From Actinomycetes bacterium (lineage in GTDB: Bacteria; Actinomycetota; Acidimicrobiia; Acidimicrobiales; JAJZXF01), in the NCBI GenBank assembly GCA_021791755.1, contig JAJYWA010000003.1, forward strand, positions 6,719 to 70,718: DNA of 64,000 nt, read 5' to 3'. Position 1 is the first letter of the stretch. Each line of letters starts with the position of its first letter. The notes under the pieces were generated by a model. That model saw nothing but the letters and a program-made list of their open reading frames with translations. It made no database searches and was not told the DNA's origin. Position numbers and translations under genes: made by a program. Positions 45,255 through 54,275 of this stretch are shown piece by piece.

Positions 45255-46478
45255 ATGCTCCGTTTCCTCACGGCGGGAGAGTCTCACGGCATGGCTCTCG
45301 CTGTAATTGTGGAAGGTCTGCCGGCCGGGCTTTCGCTAACTGCAGCGGAGATCGAAGAAGAGCTGGCTAGGCGCAGGCTCGGCTTCGGGCGCGGCCCGAG
45401 GATGCGTTTTGAAGTTGACAAGGTCACTATCCTGGCCGGCATCAGGCACGAAAGGACGCTTGGGTCGCCGCTCGCGGTGGAGATAGCCAACACTGAGTGG
45501 CCGAAGTGGTCCGAGGAGATGTCGCCCGGTCCCGGCTCCGCGTCGAAGCCGCTGACTAAGCCGCGCCCAGGTCACGCGGATCTGGCCGGCATGCAAAAGT
45601 ATGGCTTCAGCGACGCTCGCAACGTGCTGGAGCGAGCCTCTGCTCGTGAGACTGCAGCTCGTGTAGTTGCAGGATGTGCAGCTAAAGCGTTGTTGGCTCG
45701 CCTGGGTATCGGCGTGGTGAGCCATGTGGTCGCGATCGGAGATGAGTCTGCCCCCAGCTCGTCAAGGCCTTTGCCCGATGACCTGTCTGCAGTGGACTCT
45801 TCCCCGGTGCGCTGCCTCGATGTCGCTGCATCGGAGCGGATGGTGGCATGCATCAAGGCCGCAGCTAAGGATGGTGACTCGCTAGGTGGCGTGGCCGAGG
45901 TTCTCGCATACGGGGTTCCGCCCGGGCTGGGCAGTTACGTGCACTGGGATCGGCGACTCGACGCGCTTGTAGCACAGGCGTTGATGAGCATCCAGGCGGT
46001 CAAAGCAGTAGAGATAGGCGACGGTGTGTCCTCGGCGGCGCTCAGGGGATCGGTGGCTCATGACGCTATCGCGTGGGACGCGGCATCTGGCGAGTTCCAC
46101 CGCAGGACGGACCACGCTGGCGGCATCGAAGGGGGCGTGTCGACGGGCGGGCTGATATCTGCTCGCGCGTTCATGAAGCCGCTGGCTACCCTGAACAGGC
46201 CAGTTCTAGAGACCGTGGACACTGAGACGAAGGAGCCGGCGCTGTCGTTCAAGGAGCGGACCGATGTGACAGCGGTGCCGGCGATGGGGGTGGTGGCGGA
46301 GAGCATGCTGGCCCTTGTTCTAGCCTCCGAAGCGCTGCGCAAGTTCGGCGGCGACTCTGTGGTCGAGGTCGTTGCCAATTGTCGCTCGTTCATCGAACGG
46401 CTGAGCGAGCCACTTGCGGGCCCGGTGACGGAGCGGGGTTCGGATCCGGGCGAGCCACCGTCGAGAGCGCAGGCATGA
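45255..46478 (+). CDS. aroC: chorismate synthase
   Basis: MLRFLTAGESHG, RPGHADL, SARETAARV and the remaining blocks. Confidence 0.93.
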   Translation: MLRFLTAGESHGMALAVIVEGLPAGLSLTAAEIEEELARRRLGFGRGPRMRFEVDKVTILAGIRHERTLGSPLAVEIANTEWPKWSEEMSPGPGSASKPLTKPRPGHADLAGMQKYGFSDARNVLERASARETAARVVAGCAAKALLARLGIGVVSHVVAIGDESAPSSSRPLPDDLSAVDSSPVRCLDVAASERMVACIKAAAKDGDSLGGVAEVLAYGVPPGLGSYVHWDRRLDALVAQALMSIQAVKAVEIGDGVSSAALRGSVAHDAIAWDAASGEFHRRTDHAGGIEGGVSTGGLISARAFMKPLATLNRPVLETVDTETKEPALSFKERTDVTAVPAMGVVAESMLALVLASEALRKFGGDSVVEVVANCRSFIERLSEPLAGPVTERGSDPGEPPSRAQA

Positions 46479-47638
46479 TGACCGAGATGGCGACCGGACG
46501 AGATGCTCCCGGAGTGCAACGGCTCACGGTCGAGCTCACTTCCAGCGGGCAGCGAGGCATGTGCTCCTACGATGTGGTCATCGGTAAGAGAACGAGAGCG
46601 AGCTTGGCCCAAGAGATAGCCTGCGTGCTACCTCGTGCTCGGAGGGCTGCTGTCGTGACTCAAGATGGTATAGGTGTGGTCGTAGACAGCGGGCTCCCAC
46701 AGGAGACTTTTCTTGTTCCTCCCGGCGAAGGAGCAAAGAGCTTCTCCACGGTCGAGGATCTCTGCAGAGCATTCGCTGATTTTCATCTGAACCGCGATGA
46801 CGTCGTGGTTGCGGTGGGAGGCGGCGTCGTCACCGACATCGCAGGCTTTGCTGCAGCGTGCTATCACAGAGGTGTTGCCTTGGTGAACGTTCCCACCTCG
46901 CTGCTTGCTCAGGTTGATGCGGCGGTTGGAGGCAAGACAGGTGTAAATCTTCCCGAGGGAAAGAACCTGGCCGGCGCTTTCTGGCAGCCCGCGGTTGTCA
47001 TCGTTGACACCGAGGTTCTCGGATCGTTGCCTGAGAGCGAATGGCTGTCGGGTATGGGCGAGGTGGCGAAGTATTGCTTTCTCGGCGCCGGAGATCTGAG
47101 GGGCGTGGAGGCTACGGAGATGGTAGCGAGATGTCTGGCGGTTAAGATTGCCGTGGTCTCCGCGGATCAATACGAGTCCCGCCTCAGGATGATCCTGAAC
47201 TACGGACATACCTTCGGGCATGCTATCGAGGCGGCCAGCCTCGCGATGCAGGGAGGGGTTCTTGCGGCTGGCCCTGCGGCTCGGCTGCCGGCAGGATCGC
47301 GAGCTCGTGCCGGGGAGCCGCTCAGCCATGGTCAGGCCGTATCGATCGGCTTGGTCTTTGCCGCAAGGCTCGCGAGGAGGATGGACAGGATAGACGATGC
47401 CAGGGTTTGCTACCATGAGCAGCTCGTGTCGGGGCTTGGGCTTCCGACCAGACCGCCGGAGGCGCTGTGCGGCCAGGCGTTGCGCAGGCAGGAGTTGCTC
47501 TCGTTCATGCTCAGGGACAAGAAGTCGCTTGCGGGCCTCACCTTCGTTCTCGATGGACCTTCCGGGGTGGAACCCGTGGAGGGCGTTTCGGAGCAGGACG
47601 TGATGGCCACCATGTCCGAGATCGGTTGGGAATCGTGA
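46475..47638 (+). CDS. aroB: 3-dehydroquinate synthase
   Basis: VAVGGGVVTDIAGFAAA, VPTSLLAQVDAAVGGKTGVN and NYGHTFGHAIE. ATGA overlap with aroC. Confidence 0.9.
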   Translation: MMTEMATGRDAPGVQRLTVELTSSGQRGMCSYDVVIGKRTRASLAQEIACVLPRARRAAVVTQDGIGVVVDSGLPQETFLVPPGEGAKSFSTVEDLCRAFADFHLNRDDVVVAVGGGVVTDIAGFAAACYHRGVALVNVPTSLLAQVDAAVGGKTGVNLPEGKNLAGAFWQPAVVIVDTEVLGSLPESEWLSGMGEVAKYCFLGAGDLRGVEATEMVARCLAVKIAVVSADQYESRLRMILNYGHTFGHAIEAASLAMQGGVLAAGPAARLPAGSRARAGEPLSHGQAVSIGLVFAARLARRMDRIDDARVCYHEQLVSGLGLPTRPPEALCGQALRRQELLSFMLRDKKSLAGLTFVLDGPSGVEPVEGVSEQDVMATMSEIGWES

Positions 47639-47676
47639 TCGCAGGCGTCGCCCCGCGGCAACCCGGTGCTGACGCG

Positions 47677-48834
47677 ATGATCGCGATGGATGTCGCGCCG
47701 CGCCTCGACGCACTGCGCGGCCGGCTAGCCGACATCGGCGCCGACGCATTGATGGTAAGCCATCTGGCAAACATAAGGTACCTGACCGGTTTCAGTGGCT
47801 CCGCGGCTCTCTTGCTTGTGGCAGCTGGCGATGCGCTCCTTGTGACCGATGGCCGGTACGGAACCCAGGCGGATGAGGAGGTAGCCGCTGCCGGGGCAAA
47901 GGTCACGATCGAGGTCGGAGGCCTCGCCGCGCAGAGAGAGGCTGTCAAGGCAAGGGCGGCAGGCATGCGCCGCGTGGCGTTCGAGGCGTCACATCTCACC
48001 TGGTCCAGGTATCGCGCGCTCGCCGACGAGCTCGGTGATGTCGAACTTGTTCCAGCTGAAGGGGCTGTGGAATCTCTCAGGGTCGTCAAGGATGTGGGAG
48101 AGCTGGCACGTATCAGAGCAGCCTGCCAGATCGCTGATCAGGCGCTTGCTGTCGTGGTCGCCAAGCTGGCTGATGCCCTCGGTGAGCAGCGACGACCTGC
48201 TGGAGCCTCTGCGCGTTCCGGCGCGAGCGATAGTGGCTTCGATGCGACCGAGGCAGGCGTAGCGATGGCTCTTGACTTCGAGATGCGCCGCCTGGGCGCT
48301 TCGGGGAGCTCGTTCGACACCATCGTCGCCTCGGGTCTGAACGCGGCGAAACCTCACGCCAAGCCGACTGCAAAGCCCATCGAGCGAGGAGAGCTCGTGG
48401 TGATGGACTTCGGCGCGATGGTTGATGGCTACTGCTCCGACATGACGCGGACCTACAGCTTCGGAGAGCCTCCAGATGCTGCGCAGGTACGGATGTTCGA
48501 GGTTGTCGCAGCCAGCCAGCGGGCGGGGGTCGCGTCGGTGAAGGCTGGCGTCTCCTGTGCCGGCGTCGACGCCGCCTGTCGCAGCGTCATCGACGAGGCC
48601 GGATGGAAGGATGCGTTCAGCCATGGAACAGGCCACGGTGTTGGGCTGGAGGTGCATGAAGCACCCGCGGTCAGCGCTGGTTCATCTGATAATCTCATGA
48701 GTGGCGCCGTGGTCACGGTCGAGCCGGGGGTGTACCTGGCGGGCGCCGGGGGAGTACGGATCGAGGACTCGGTGGTGGTGACCGAGCAAGGTTGCGATGT
48801 CTTGACTGCATCGCCGCGAGAACTAGTTATCTGA
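47677..48834 (+). CDS. pepP: M24-family Xaa-Pro aminopeptidase
   Basis: NIRYLTGFSGS, DFGAMVDGYCSDMTRT, HGTGHGVGLEVHE and VEPGVY. An alternative GTG at 47635 overlaps the aroB stop. Confidence 0.85.
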   Translation: MIAMDVAPRLDALRGRLADIGADALMVSHLANIRYLTGFSGSAALLLVAAGDALLVTDGRYGTQADEEVAAAGAKVTIEVGGLAAQREAVKARAAGMRRVAFEASHLTWSRYRALADELGDVELVPAEGAVESLRVVKDVGELARIRAACQIADQALAVVVAKLADALGEQRRPAGASARSGASDSGFDATEAGVAMALDFEMRRLGASGSSFDTIVASGLNAAKPHAKPTAKPIERGELVVMDFGAMVDGYCSDMTRTYSFGEPPDAAQVRMFEVVAASQRAGVASVKAGVSCAGVDAACRSVIDEAGWKDAFSHGTGHGVGLEVHEAPAVSAGSSDNLMSGAVVTVEPGVYLAGAGGVRIEDSVVVTEQGCDVLTASPRELVI

Positions 48835-48849
48835 GGAGCTGCGAGCCTG

Positions 48850-49410
48850 ATGCCTGTCACGACAAACGACTTACGTAATGGCATGGCCCTCGATCTGCCT
48901 GAGGGGCTTTTCTCGGTGGTCGAGTTCCAGCATGTCAAGCCTGGCAAGGGTGGAGCATTCGTGCGTACGAAGCTCAAGAACCTGAGGACGCAGGCTGTGA
49001 TAGAGCGTACGTTTCGTGCGGACGAGAGAGTCGAGCAGGCGGTTATCGACAAGCGGGAGATGCAGCTTCTCTATCGCGACGGCTCTGATTACGTCTTCAT
49101 GGACGCGTCCTCCTACGAGCAGCTTCAGGTGGTTGCTCAGGTCCTGGGAGATGCCACCAATTACCTAAAGGACGGCGACTCGGTGGTGATGGAGATCTAT
49201 GGCGAGGAGGTGGTCGCGGTCGAGCTGCCTGCCGCAGTGGAGCTCGTGGTCGCTGACACCGAGCCCGGTCTTCAAGGTGACAGGGTATCGGGGGCGCGCA
49301 AGGCAGCAGTGCTCGAGACCGGCTTGTCCGTCTCAGTGCCGCTGTTCGTGAGCACCGGCGACAGGGTGAAGGTGGACACGAGGACCGGAGAGTACCTTAC
49401 CCGCGTCTGA
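48850..49410 (+). CDS. efp: translation elongation factor P
   Basis: 186 aa (NDLRNGMAL, FQHVKPGKGGAFVRTKLKN). Confidence 0.95.
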   Translation: MPVTTNDLRNGMALDLPEGLFSVVEFQHVKPGKGGAFVRTKLKNLRTQAVIERTFRADERVEQAVIDKREMQLLYRDGSDYVFMDASSYEQLQVVAQVLGDATNYLKDGDSVVMEIYGEEVVAVELPAAVELVVADTEPGLQGDRVSGARKAAVLETGLSVSVPLFVSTGDRVKVDTRTGEYLTRV

Positions 49411-49467
49411 GCAGCTGCTCGAAGGCGGCGATGCTCGGATCAACCCAGGTGAGCCCAGGCAGATGAG

Positions 49468-49905
49468 ATGAGAACGGGACGCAGGCGTCTTGCGCGTGAG
49501 CGTGCTCTTGGGATCCTCTATGAGGCCGAGCTCAAGGGGACTACCGCAGCGGTCGTGCTCGCTGATCTACCTGCTGCGCCAGATGAGATCGTGGTCCATC
49601 TAGTGATGGAGGTCGTGAGACGTGCGAGACGGGTTGACGAGCTGATCGAGCGGCACTCCAACGGCTGGGCGCTTGATCGCATGCCTTACGTCGATCGCAA
49701 TCTGCTCAGGCTCGCAGTTGCCGAGATGCTCGATGACGTGCTGGAGGCGCCTGCCGCCGTGATCATCTCAGAAGCCGTCGAGCTTGCCAAGGCTTACTCG
49801 ACTGAGCAGTCCTCGCGGTTTATCAATGGGTTGCTCGCGGGCGTGTTGGATGAGATAGGAAGCGCGGGCGCGAGAGAAAAGGATGAGGATGATGAAGGAT
49901 CATGA
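49468..49905 (+). CDS. nusB: transcription antitermination factor NusB
   Basis: RRLARERALGILYEAE, DRNLLRLAVAEM and SRFINGLL. Confidence 0.9.
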   Translation: MRTGRRRLARERALGILYEAELKGTTAAVVLADLPAAPDEIVVHLVMEVVRRARRVDELIERHSNGWALDRMPYVDRNLLRLAVAEMLDDVLEAPAAVIISEAVELAKAYSTEQSSRFINGLLAGVLDEIGSAGAREKDEDDEGS

Positions 49906-50022
49906 CGATGGTGATGGGCCTTCGCTGCGGCTTTCGAGCGCGGCCACGTGGAACTGGCGTGGTAGGGACGGCTGGTGTGTGATGGCGTCGGGATGGTAAA
50001 GTTCTTTTCGAGACCGTGAAGC

Positions 50023-50038
50023 GGGTCCCGTGAGGCCC
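50023..50038 (+). promoter_or_regulatory. possible PyrR-binding loop in the pyrR leader
   Basis: GGGUCCCGUGAGGCCC resembles the PyrR box UCCAGAGAGG with two mismatches. It lies 12 nt upstream of the GGAGG RBS of pyrR. Confidence 0.25.
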
Positions 50039-50060
50039 ATACGGATGTTCGGAGGCGTGA

Positions 50061-50630
50061 TTGGCAGAGCGTGAGCGGAGACTGGTGCCGCGGGGACGGG
50101 GTGTGTTCGTCCCAAGGGCGGAGGTCATGTCCGCATCGGACGTGCGCCGGGCTCTGGTCCGCATGGCTCATGAGGTAGTAGAGCACAATCGCGGCGTTCC
50201 TGATCTGGTCCTTGTGGGCTTGCAGACGGGTGGCGTCCCACTTGCAGAGCAGATGGTCGTGGTCTTGGAGGAGATGGAGCAGGAGCCGGTCCCTCTAGGT
50301 ACGCTCGATGTCGCTTTCTATCGAGATGATGTCGGCATAAGGCCGGTCGTGCCCCAGGCTCCTACCTCGATGCCGTGCGACCTTGCAGGTAAGGTCGTCG
50401 TCCTCGTTGATGACGTTCTGTTCACCGGTCGTACGGTCAGGGCTGCACTGAACGCGCTTGGTGACTACGGGCGTCCGAGAGCAGTGCAGCTGGCCGTTGT
50501 GGTCGACAGGGGCCACAGGGAGCTGCCGATCCGGCCCGACTTCGTGGGGAAGAACCTTCCAACCAGAAGAGACGAGATGGTGGACGTCAGCGAGGATGGC
50601 GTCACTCTCGGCGATGTCGTGATCAGGTAG
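50061..50630 (+). CDS. pyrR: bifunctional pyrimidine operon regulator / uracil phosphoribosyltransferase
   Basis: LVLVGLQTGGVPLA, VVLVDDVLFTGRTVRAAL and VVDRGHRELPIRPDFVGKN. TTG start preceded by GGAGG. Confidence 0.9.
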   Translation: MAERERRLVPRGRGVFVPRAEVMSASDVRRALVRMAHEVVEHNRGVPDLVLVGLQTGGVPLAEQMVVVLEEMEQEPVPLGTLDVAFYRDDVGIRPVVPQAPTSMPCDLAGKVVVLVDDVLFTGRTVRAALNALGDYGRPRAVQLAVVVDRGHRELPIRPDFVGKNLPTRRDEMVDVSEDGVTLGDVVIR

Positions 50631-50633
50631 CTG

Positions 50634-51764
50634 ATGGTCCCAGCAGCCAGAGGCGGCTCCTCCCCTGCGGCCATGCGACACCTGCTTTCTGTGAACGACC
50701 TCGGCTCCGAGGGGCTCAAGGAGATGATGAGGATCGCAGACTTCTTCGTCGAGATCTCGACACGTCCGATCCCGAAGGTTCCTGCGCTGAGAGGCAAGAC
50801 CGTAGCGTGCGCCTTTTTCGAAGGCTCGACGCGCACCAGGCTGTCCTTCGAAGCGGCAGCGAAGCGTCTTTCGGCAGACATCATGTCTTTCGGCGCCTCC
50901 GGCTCATCGATGAGCAAGGGGGAGTCATTGAAGGACACGGTGACGACCATCGAGTCGCTCGGGGCAGATGTGATCGTGGTGAGGCACGCTTCCGCTGGTG
51001 TGGCCAGCCAGGTAGCCAGCTGGGTGTCGATTCCGGTGGTGAACGCAGGTGACGGCTGGCACGAGCACCCGACCCAAGCTCTTCTTGACTGCTACACGAT
51101 ACGTCAGGCGCTTGGCGCGGAGTCGTTCCAGGGCCTCAAGGTCGTCATGGTGGGAGACCTGATGCACTCGAGGGTCGCACGGTCCAACGTATTGGCGCTA
51201 TCAGCGATGGGTGCGAGGGTCAACCTGGTCGCGCCGCGGACCCTGTGGCCGGTGTCGCTGGATGGATGGCCGGTGGAAGGCATCACCTGCGATCTCGACC
51301 CGCTCCTCGAGAAAGCAGATCTCGTCTACCTCCTCCGGCTTCAGACAGAGCGCGGAGCCGGAAGGCTATTGCCATCGCTGAGAGAGTACGCGGCTATGTA
51401 CCAGCTGACGGCCAGGCGAGCCGCGATGATGCCAAAGGACTCCCTGATCATGCACCCTGGGCCTGTGAACAGGGGAGTGGAGATGTCGTCCGAGGTCGCG
51501 GAGATGCCCGGCGCCCTGGTTGGGAGCCAGGTGGCCAATGGCGTGGTGGTGCGCATGGCGGTCCTGTACCAGCTGCTCGTGGGAGGTGAAGGTGTTGGCG
51601 TGCTCGACCCCACTGCTCCCGATGTTGCACCTGCACCCGCGGCGCTCCGATCAGCAGGTGTGCATCATGGCGCGCCGGGTCCGAGCGACACCTCGAGCGA
51701 CAGCACGCCGAGCACGCGGAGCACGCCGAGGACGCCGAGCACGCGGAGGAGCGCCGGTGCCTGA
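50634..51764 (+). CDS. pyrB: aspartate carbamoyltransferase catalytic subunit with a low-complexity C-terminal tail
   Basis: FFEGSTRTRLSFE, HEHPTQALLD and HPGPVNRGVE. An alternative ATG lies at 50673 (MRHLLSVNDL). Confidence 0.92.
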   Translation: MVPAARGGSSPAAMRHLLSVNDLGSEGLKEMMRIADFFVEISTRPIPKVPALRGKTVACAFFEGSTRTRLSFEAAAKRLSADIMSFGASGSSMSKGESLKDTVTTIESLGADVIVVRHASAGVASQVASWVSIPVVNAGDGWHEHPTQALLDCYTIRQALGAESFQGLKVVMVGDLMHSRVARSNVLALSAMGARVNLVAPRTLWPVSLDGWPVEGITCDLDPLLEKADLVYLLRLQTERGAGRLLPSLREYAAMYQLTARRAAMMPKDSLIMHPGPVNRGVEMSSEVAEMPGALVGSQVANGVVVRMAVLYQLLVGGEGVGVLDPTAPDVAPAPAALRSAGVHHGAPGPSDTSSDSTPSTRSTPRTPSTRRSAGA

Positions 51765-53175
51765 CGTCCTCCTGCGCGGGGGTTGCGTAGTCGACGCAAA
51801 TGGGGATCGCCTCGCTGATGTTCTCGTACGCGGGTCGGAGGTATCAGCTGTCGGCAAGGGCCTGCTCGCTCCGCAGGGGGCTCTCGTGCTGGACGTTGAC
51901 GGCTGCACCGTCTCGCCAGGCCTCGTGGACCTCCATGCCCATCTGCGCGAGCCGGGAGCCGAGGAGTCGGAGTGCGTGGAGACAGGCACCAGGGCGGCGG
52001 CGTTGGGCGGCTACACGGCTGTCGTCGTCATGCCGAACACGGATCCCCCGATCGACTCGGCGTCGATGGTGCGTGAGATGCACGAGCTCCGCAGTAAGTC
52101 TCTCGTGGAGATGGCTGTTGCCGGGGCGATAACCGTCGGCCGCCGTGGCGAGGCGCTTGCGCCGATTGGCGAGATGGCGAGCCTCGGTGTGACGATCTTC
52201 ACCGATGACGGTGCGGGGGTCCAAGACGGAGGGTTGTTGCGCGCGGCGATGGAGTATGCGACCGGCATAGGTGTGACGATCGCCGAGCACTGTGAGGACG
52301 CGTCGCTCGCTGCGGGTGGTGCGATGCACGAGGGCGGCTGGTCGTCGGTCCTTGGCCTGCCGGGCGCTCCAGCGGTGGCTGAAGAGGTCATGGTCGCTCG
52401 CGACCTCGCGCTCGCAAGGGTTGCCGGCGCCAGGCTCCACCTGATGCACCTCTCGACGGCTGGATCGATTGACCTGGTGCGCAGGGCTAGGGCGGACGGC
52501 GTGCAGGCTACCGCCGAGGTCTCTCCTCATCACCTGAGCCTGACCGACGAGGCGCTCGTGTCTTATGACACAAATCTGAAGATGAGCCCGCCGTTGCGAT
52601 CCGGTGGAGACGTCGACGCACTCCGGGCCGGACTCGTAGACGGCGTCGTGGACGCGATCGCGACCGACCATGCTCCGCACCCGGCCGAGTCGAAGGAGGT
52701 GCCCTTCATCGACGCGGCCAACGGGGTGCTCGGCCTCGAGACCGCGCTCGCCCTGGCGCTGACGATGCTGGCCGGCACGGGCGCCGGGAGGCGCGCCGGA
52801 CGACCTCCCGGTCGGAGATCGGGAGCCGGGGCGCCCGCATGTGATGGACCACCCAGCTCAGCGGATCGTCTGACTACTTATCGGGGGGCTGCACCGGCCT
52901 CGAGGGCTCTGTCGATCCGGGAGGTTCTTGCGGTCATGTCGTGGAACCCCGCGCGGATCGCATCCCTTGGAAACACTCAGGGCGGGCCCATCGTTCCAGG
53001 TGCACCGGCCAATATCTGCGTGTTCGACGCATCCTCCTCATGGGTGGTCGATCCCGCTCGCTTCGCAAGCAGGAGTAGGAACACCCCGTTCGGTGGCTGG
53101 GATCTGACGGGGAAGGTGGTGCACACGATCTGTGCTGGCGAGCCGGTCGTGCTCTACGGAGAGGCGCAGCGTTGA
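51757..53175 (+). CDS. pyrC: dihydroorotase
   Basis: VDLHAHLREPG and ATDHAPH. The GTG start overlaps the pyrB 3' end by 8 nt; the longer ORF from 51520 lies out of frame inside pyrB. Confidence 0.88.
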   Translation: MPDVLLRGGCVVDANGDRLADVLVRGSEVSAVGKGLLAPQGALVLDVDGCTVSPGLVDLHAHLREPGAEESECVETGTRAAALGGYTAVVVMPNTDPPIDSASMVREMHELRSKSLVEMAVAGAITVGRRGEALAPIGEMASLGVTIFTDDGAGVQDGGLLRAAMEYATGIGVTIAEHCEDASLAAGGAMHEGGWSSVLGLPGAPAVAEEVMVARDLALARVAGARLHLMHLSTAGSIDLVRRARADGVQATAEVSPHHLSLTDEALVSYDTNLKMSPPLRSGGDVDALRAGLVDGVVDAIATDHAPHPAESKEVPFIDAANGVLGLETALALALTMLAGTGAGRRAGRPPGRRSGAGAPACDGPPSSADRLTTYRGAAPASRALSIREVLAVMSWNPARIASLGNTQGGPIVPGAPANICVFDASSSWVVDPARFASRSRNTPFGGWDLTGKVVHTICAGEPVVLYGEAQR

Positions 53176-54275
53176 GCGGTCTCGCCGGCGGCATCGAGAG
53201 TGCCCCCCGGGCGCTGCTCGTCCTCGCCGATGGCGCCGTTTTCGAGGGCGAGGCTGCCGGCTGGTCGCCTCCTGGCGGCGTGGCCTCGGGCGAGGTGGTC
53301 TTCAATACCGTTATGAGTGGCTACCAGGAGGTGCTGACGGATCCGTCCTATGCGGGCCAGGTCGTTGCGTTCACTTACCCGCATATCGGTAACTATGGGG
53401 CATCGCCAGCAGACGACGAGTCGAGCCGGCCGCGCTGCAGGGGGCTCATCGCCCGTGAGATCGCGGCGCGTCCCAGCAGCTGGCGGTCGACGGAGTCGCT
53501 GAGCTCCTTTCTCGAGCGCCACCGGATCCCGGCGATGACGGGCGTGGACACGAGGCGCCTGGCTCGCCATGTCCGCTCCGAGGGCTCGATGCCCTGCGCG
53601 TTCGGCGCCGCGCCCGAGGATGTGCTCGCCCGCCGCGCGGCAGAGGAGCCGGGCACGCTCGGGGTCGACCTGGTCTCCGAGGTCACGACGCCCAGCCCGT
53701 ACACGTTAGGGGAGGGACCGTTACGTCTGGTGGTCTTCGACTACGGCGTAAAGTCCAGGATGCTCTCGTACCTCGGCCGGATCGCGGAGGTCGAGGTCGT
53801 CCCGGCTGGGACGCCGGCGAGCGACGTCCTGGCCCGGCGTCCCGACGGTGTCTTCCTCTCCAACGGCCCGGGTGACCCTGCCGCCCTCGGCCACCTCGTC
53901 GCCGAGATCAAGGCGCTGATCGGACATATGCCGATGTTCGGCATATGTCTTGGTCACCAGCTCCTCGCCCTCGCTCTCGGTGCTACGACCTATAAGCTCC
54001 CGTTCGGCCACCATGGCGGGAACCATCCCGTGAAGAGGCTGTCGTCTGGCACTGTGGAGATCACGAGCCAGAACCACAACTACGCGGTCGCGGATGACCT
54101 TCCGAGCGGCGTGGAGGTGACTCACCTGAACTTGAATGACGGAGTGGTGGAAGGGATGAGGTGCGAGGAAGCAAGGCTCTTCAGTGTCCAGTACCATCCC
54201 GAAGCCGGCCCCGGGCCCCATGACGCCGAGTACATGTTCGAGGAGCTGAGGTTTGCAATGCAGGCGAGGAGCTGA
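53172..54275 (+). CDS. carA: carbamoyl-phosphate synthase small subunit
   Basis: [19 protein letters not shown] and QYHPEA. Confidence 0.95.
   Translation: MSGLAGGIESAPRALLVLADGAVFEGEAAGWSPPGGVASGEVVFNTVMSGYQEVLTDPSYAGQVVAFTYPHIGNYGASPADDESSRPRCRGLIAREIAARPSSWRSTESLSSFLERHRIPAMTGVDTRRLARHVRSEGSMPCAFGAAPEDVLARRAAEEPGTLGVDLVSEVTTPSPYTLGEGPLRLVVFDYGVKSRMLSYLGRIAEVEVVPAGTPASDVLARRPDGVFLSNGPGDPAALGHLVAEIKALIGHMPMFGICLGHQLLALALGATTYKLPFGHHGGNHPVKRLSSGTVEITSQNHNYAVADDLPSGVEVTHLNLNDGVVEGMRCEEARLFSVQYHPEAGPGPHDAEYMFEELRFAMQARS

Noticed and set aside
51520-51756. Upstream extension of pyrC
   Set aside because: It lies inside pyrB in another frame. The dihydroorotase homology starts at VPDVLLRGG (GTG 51757).
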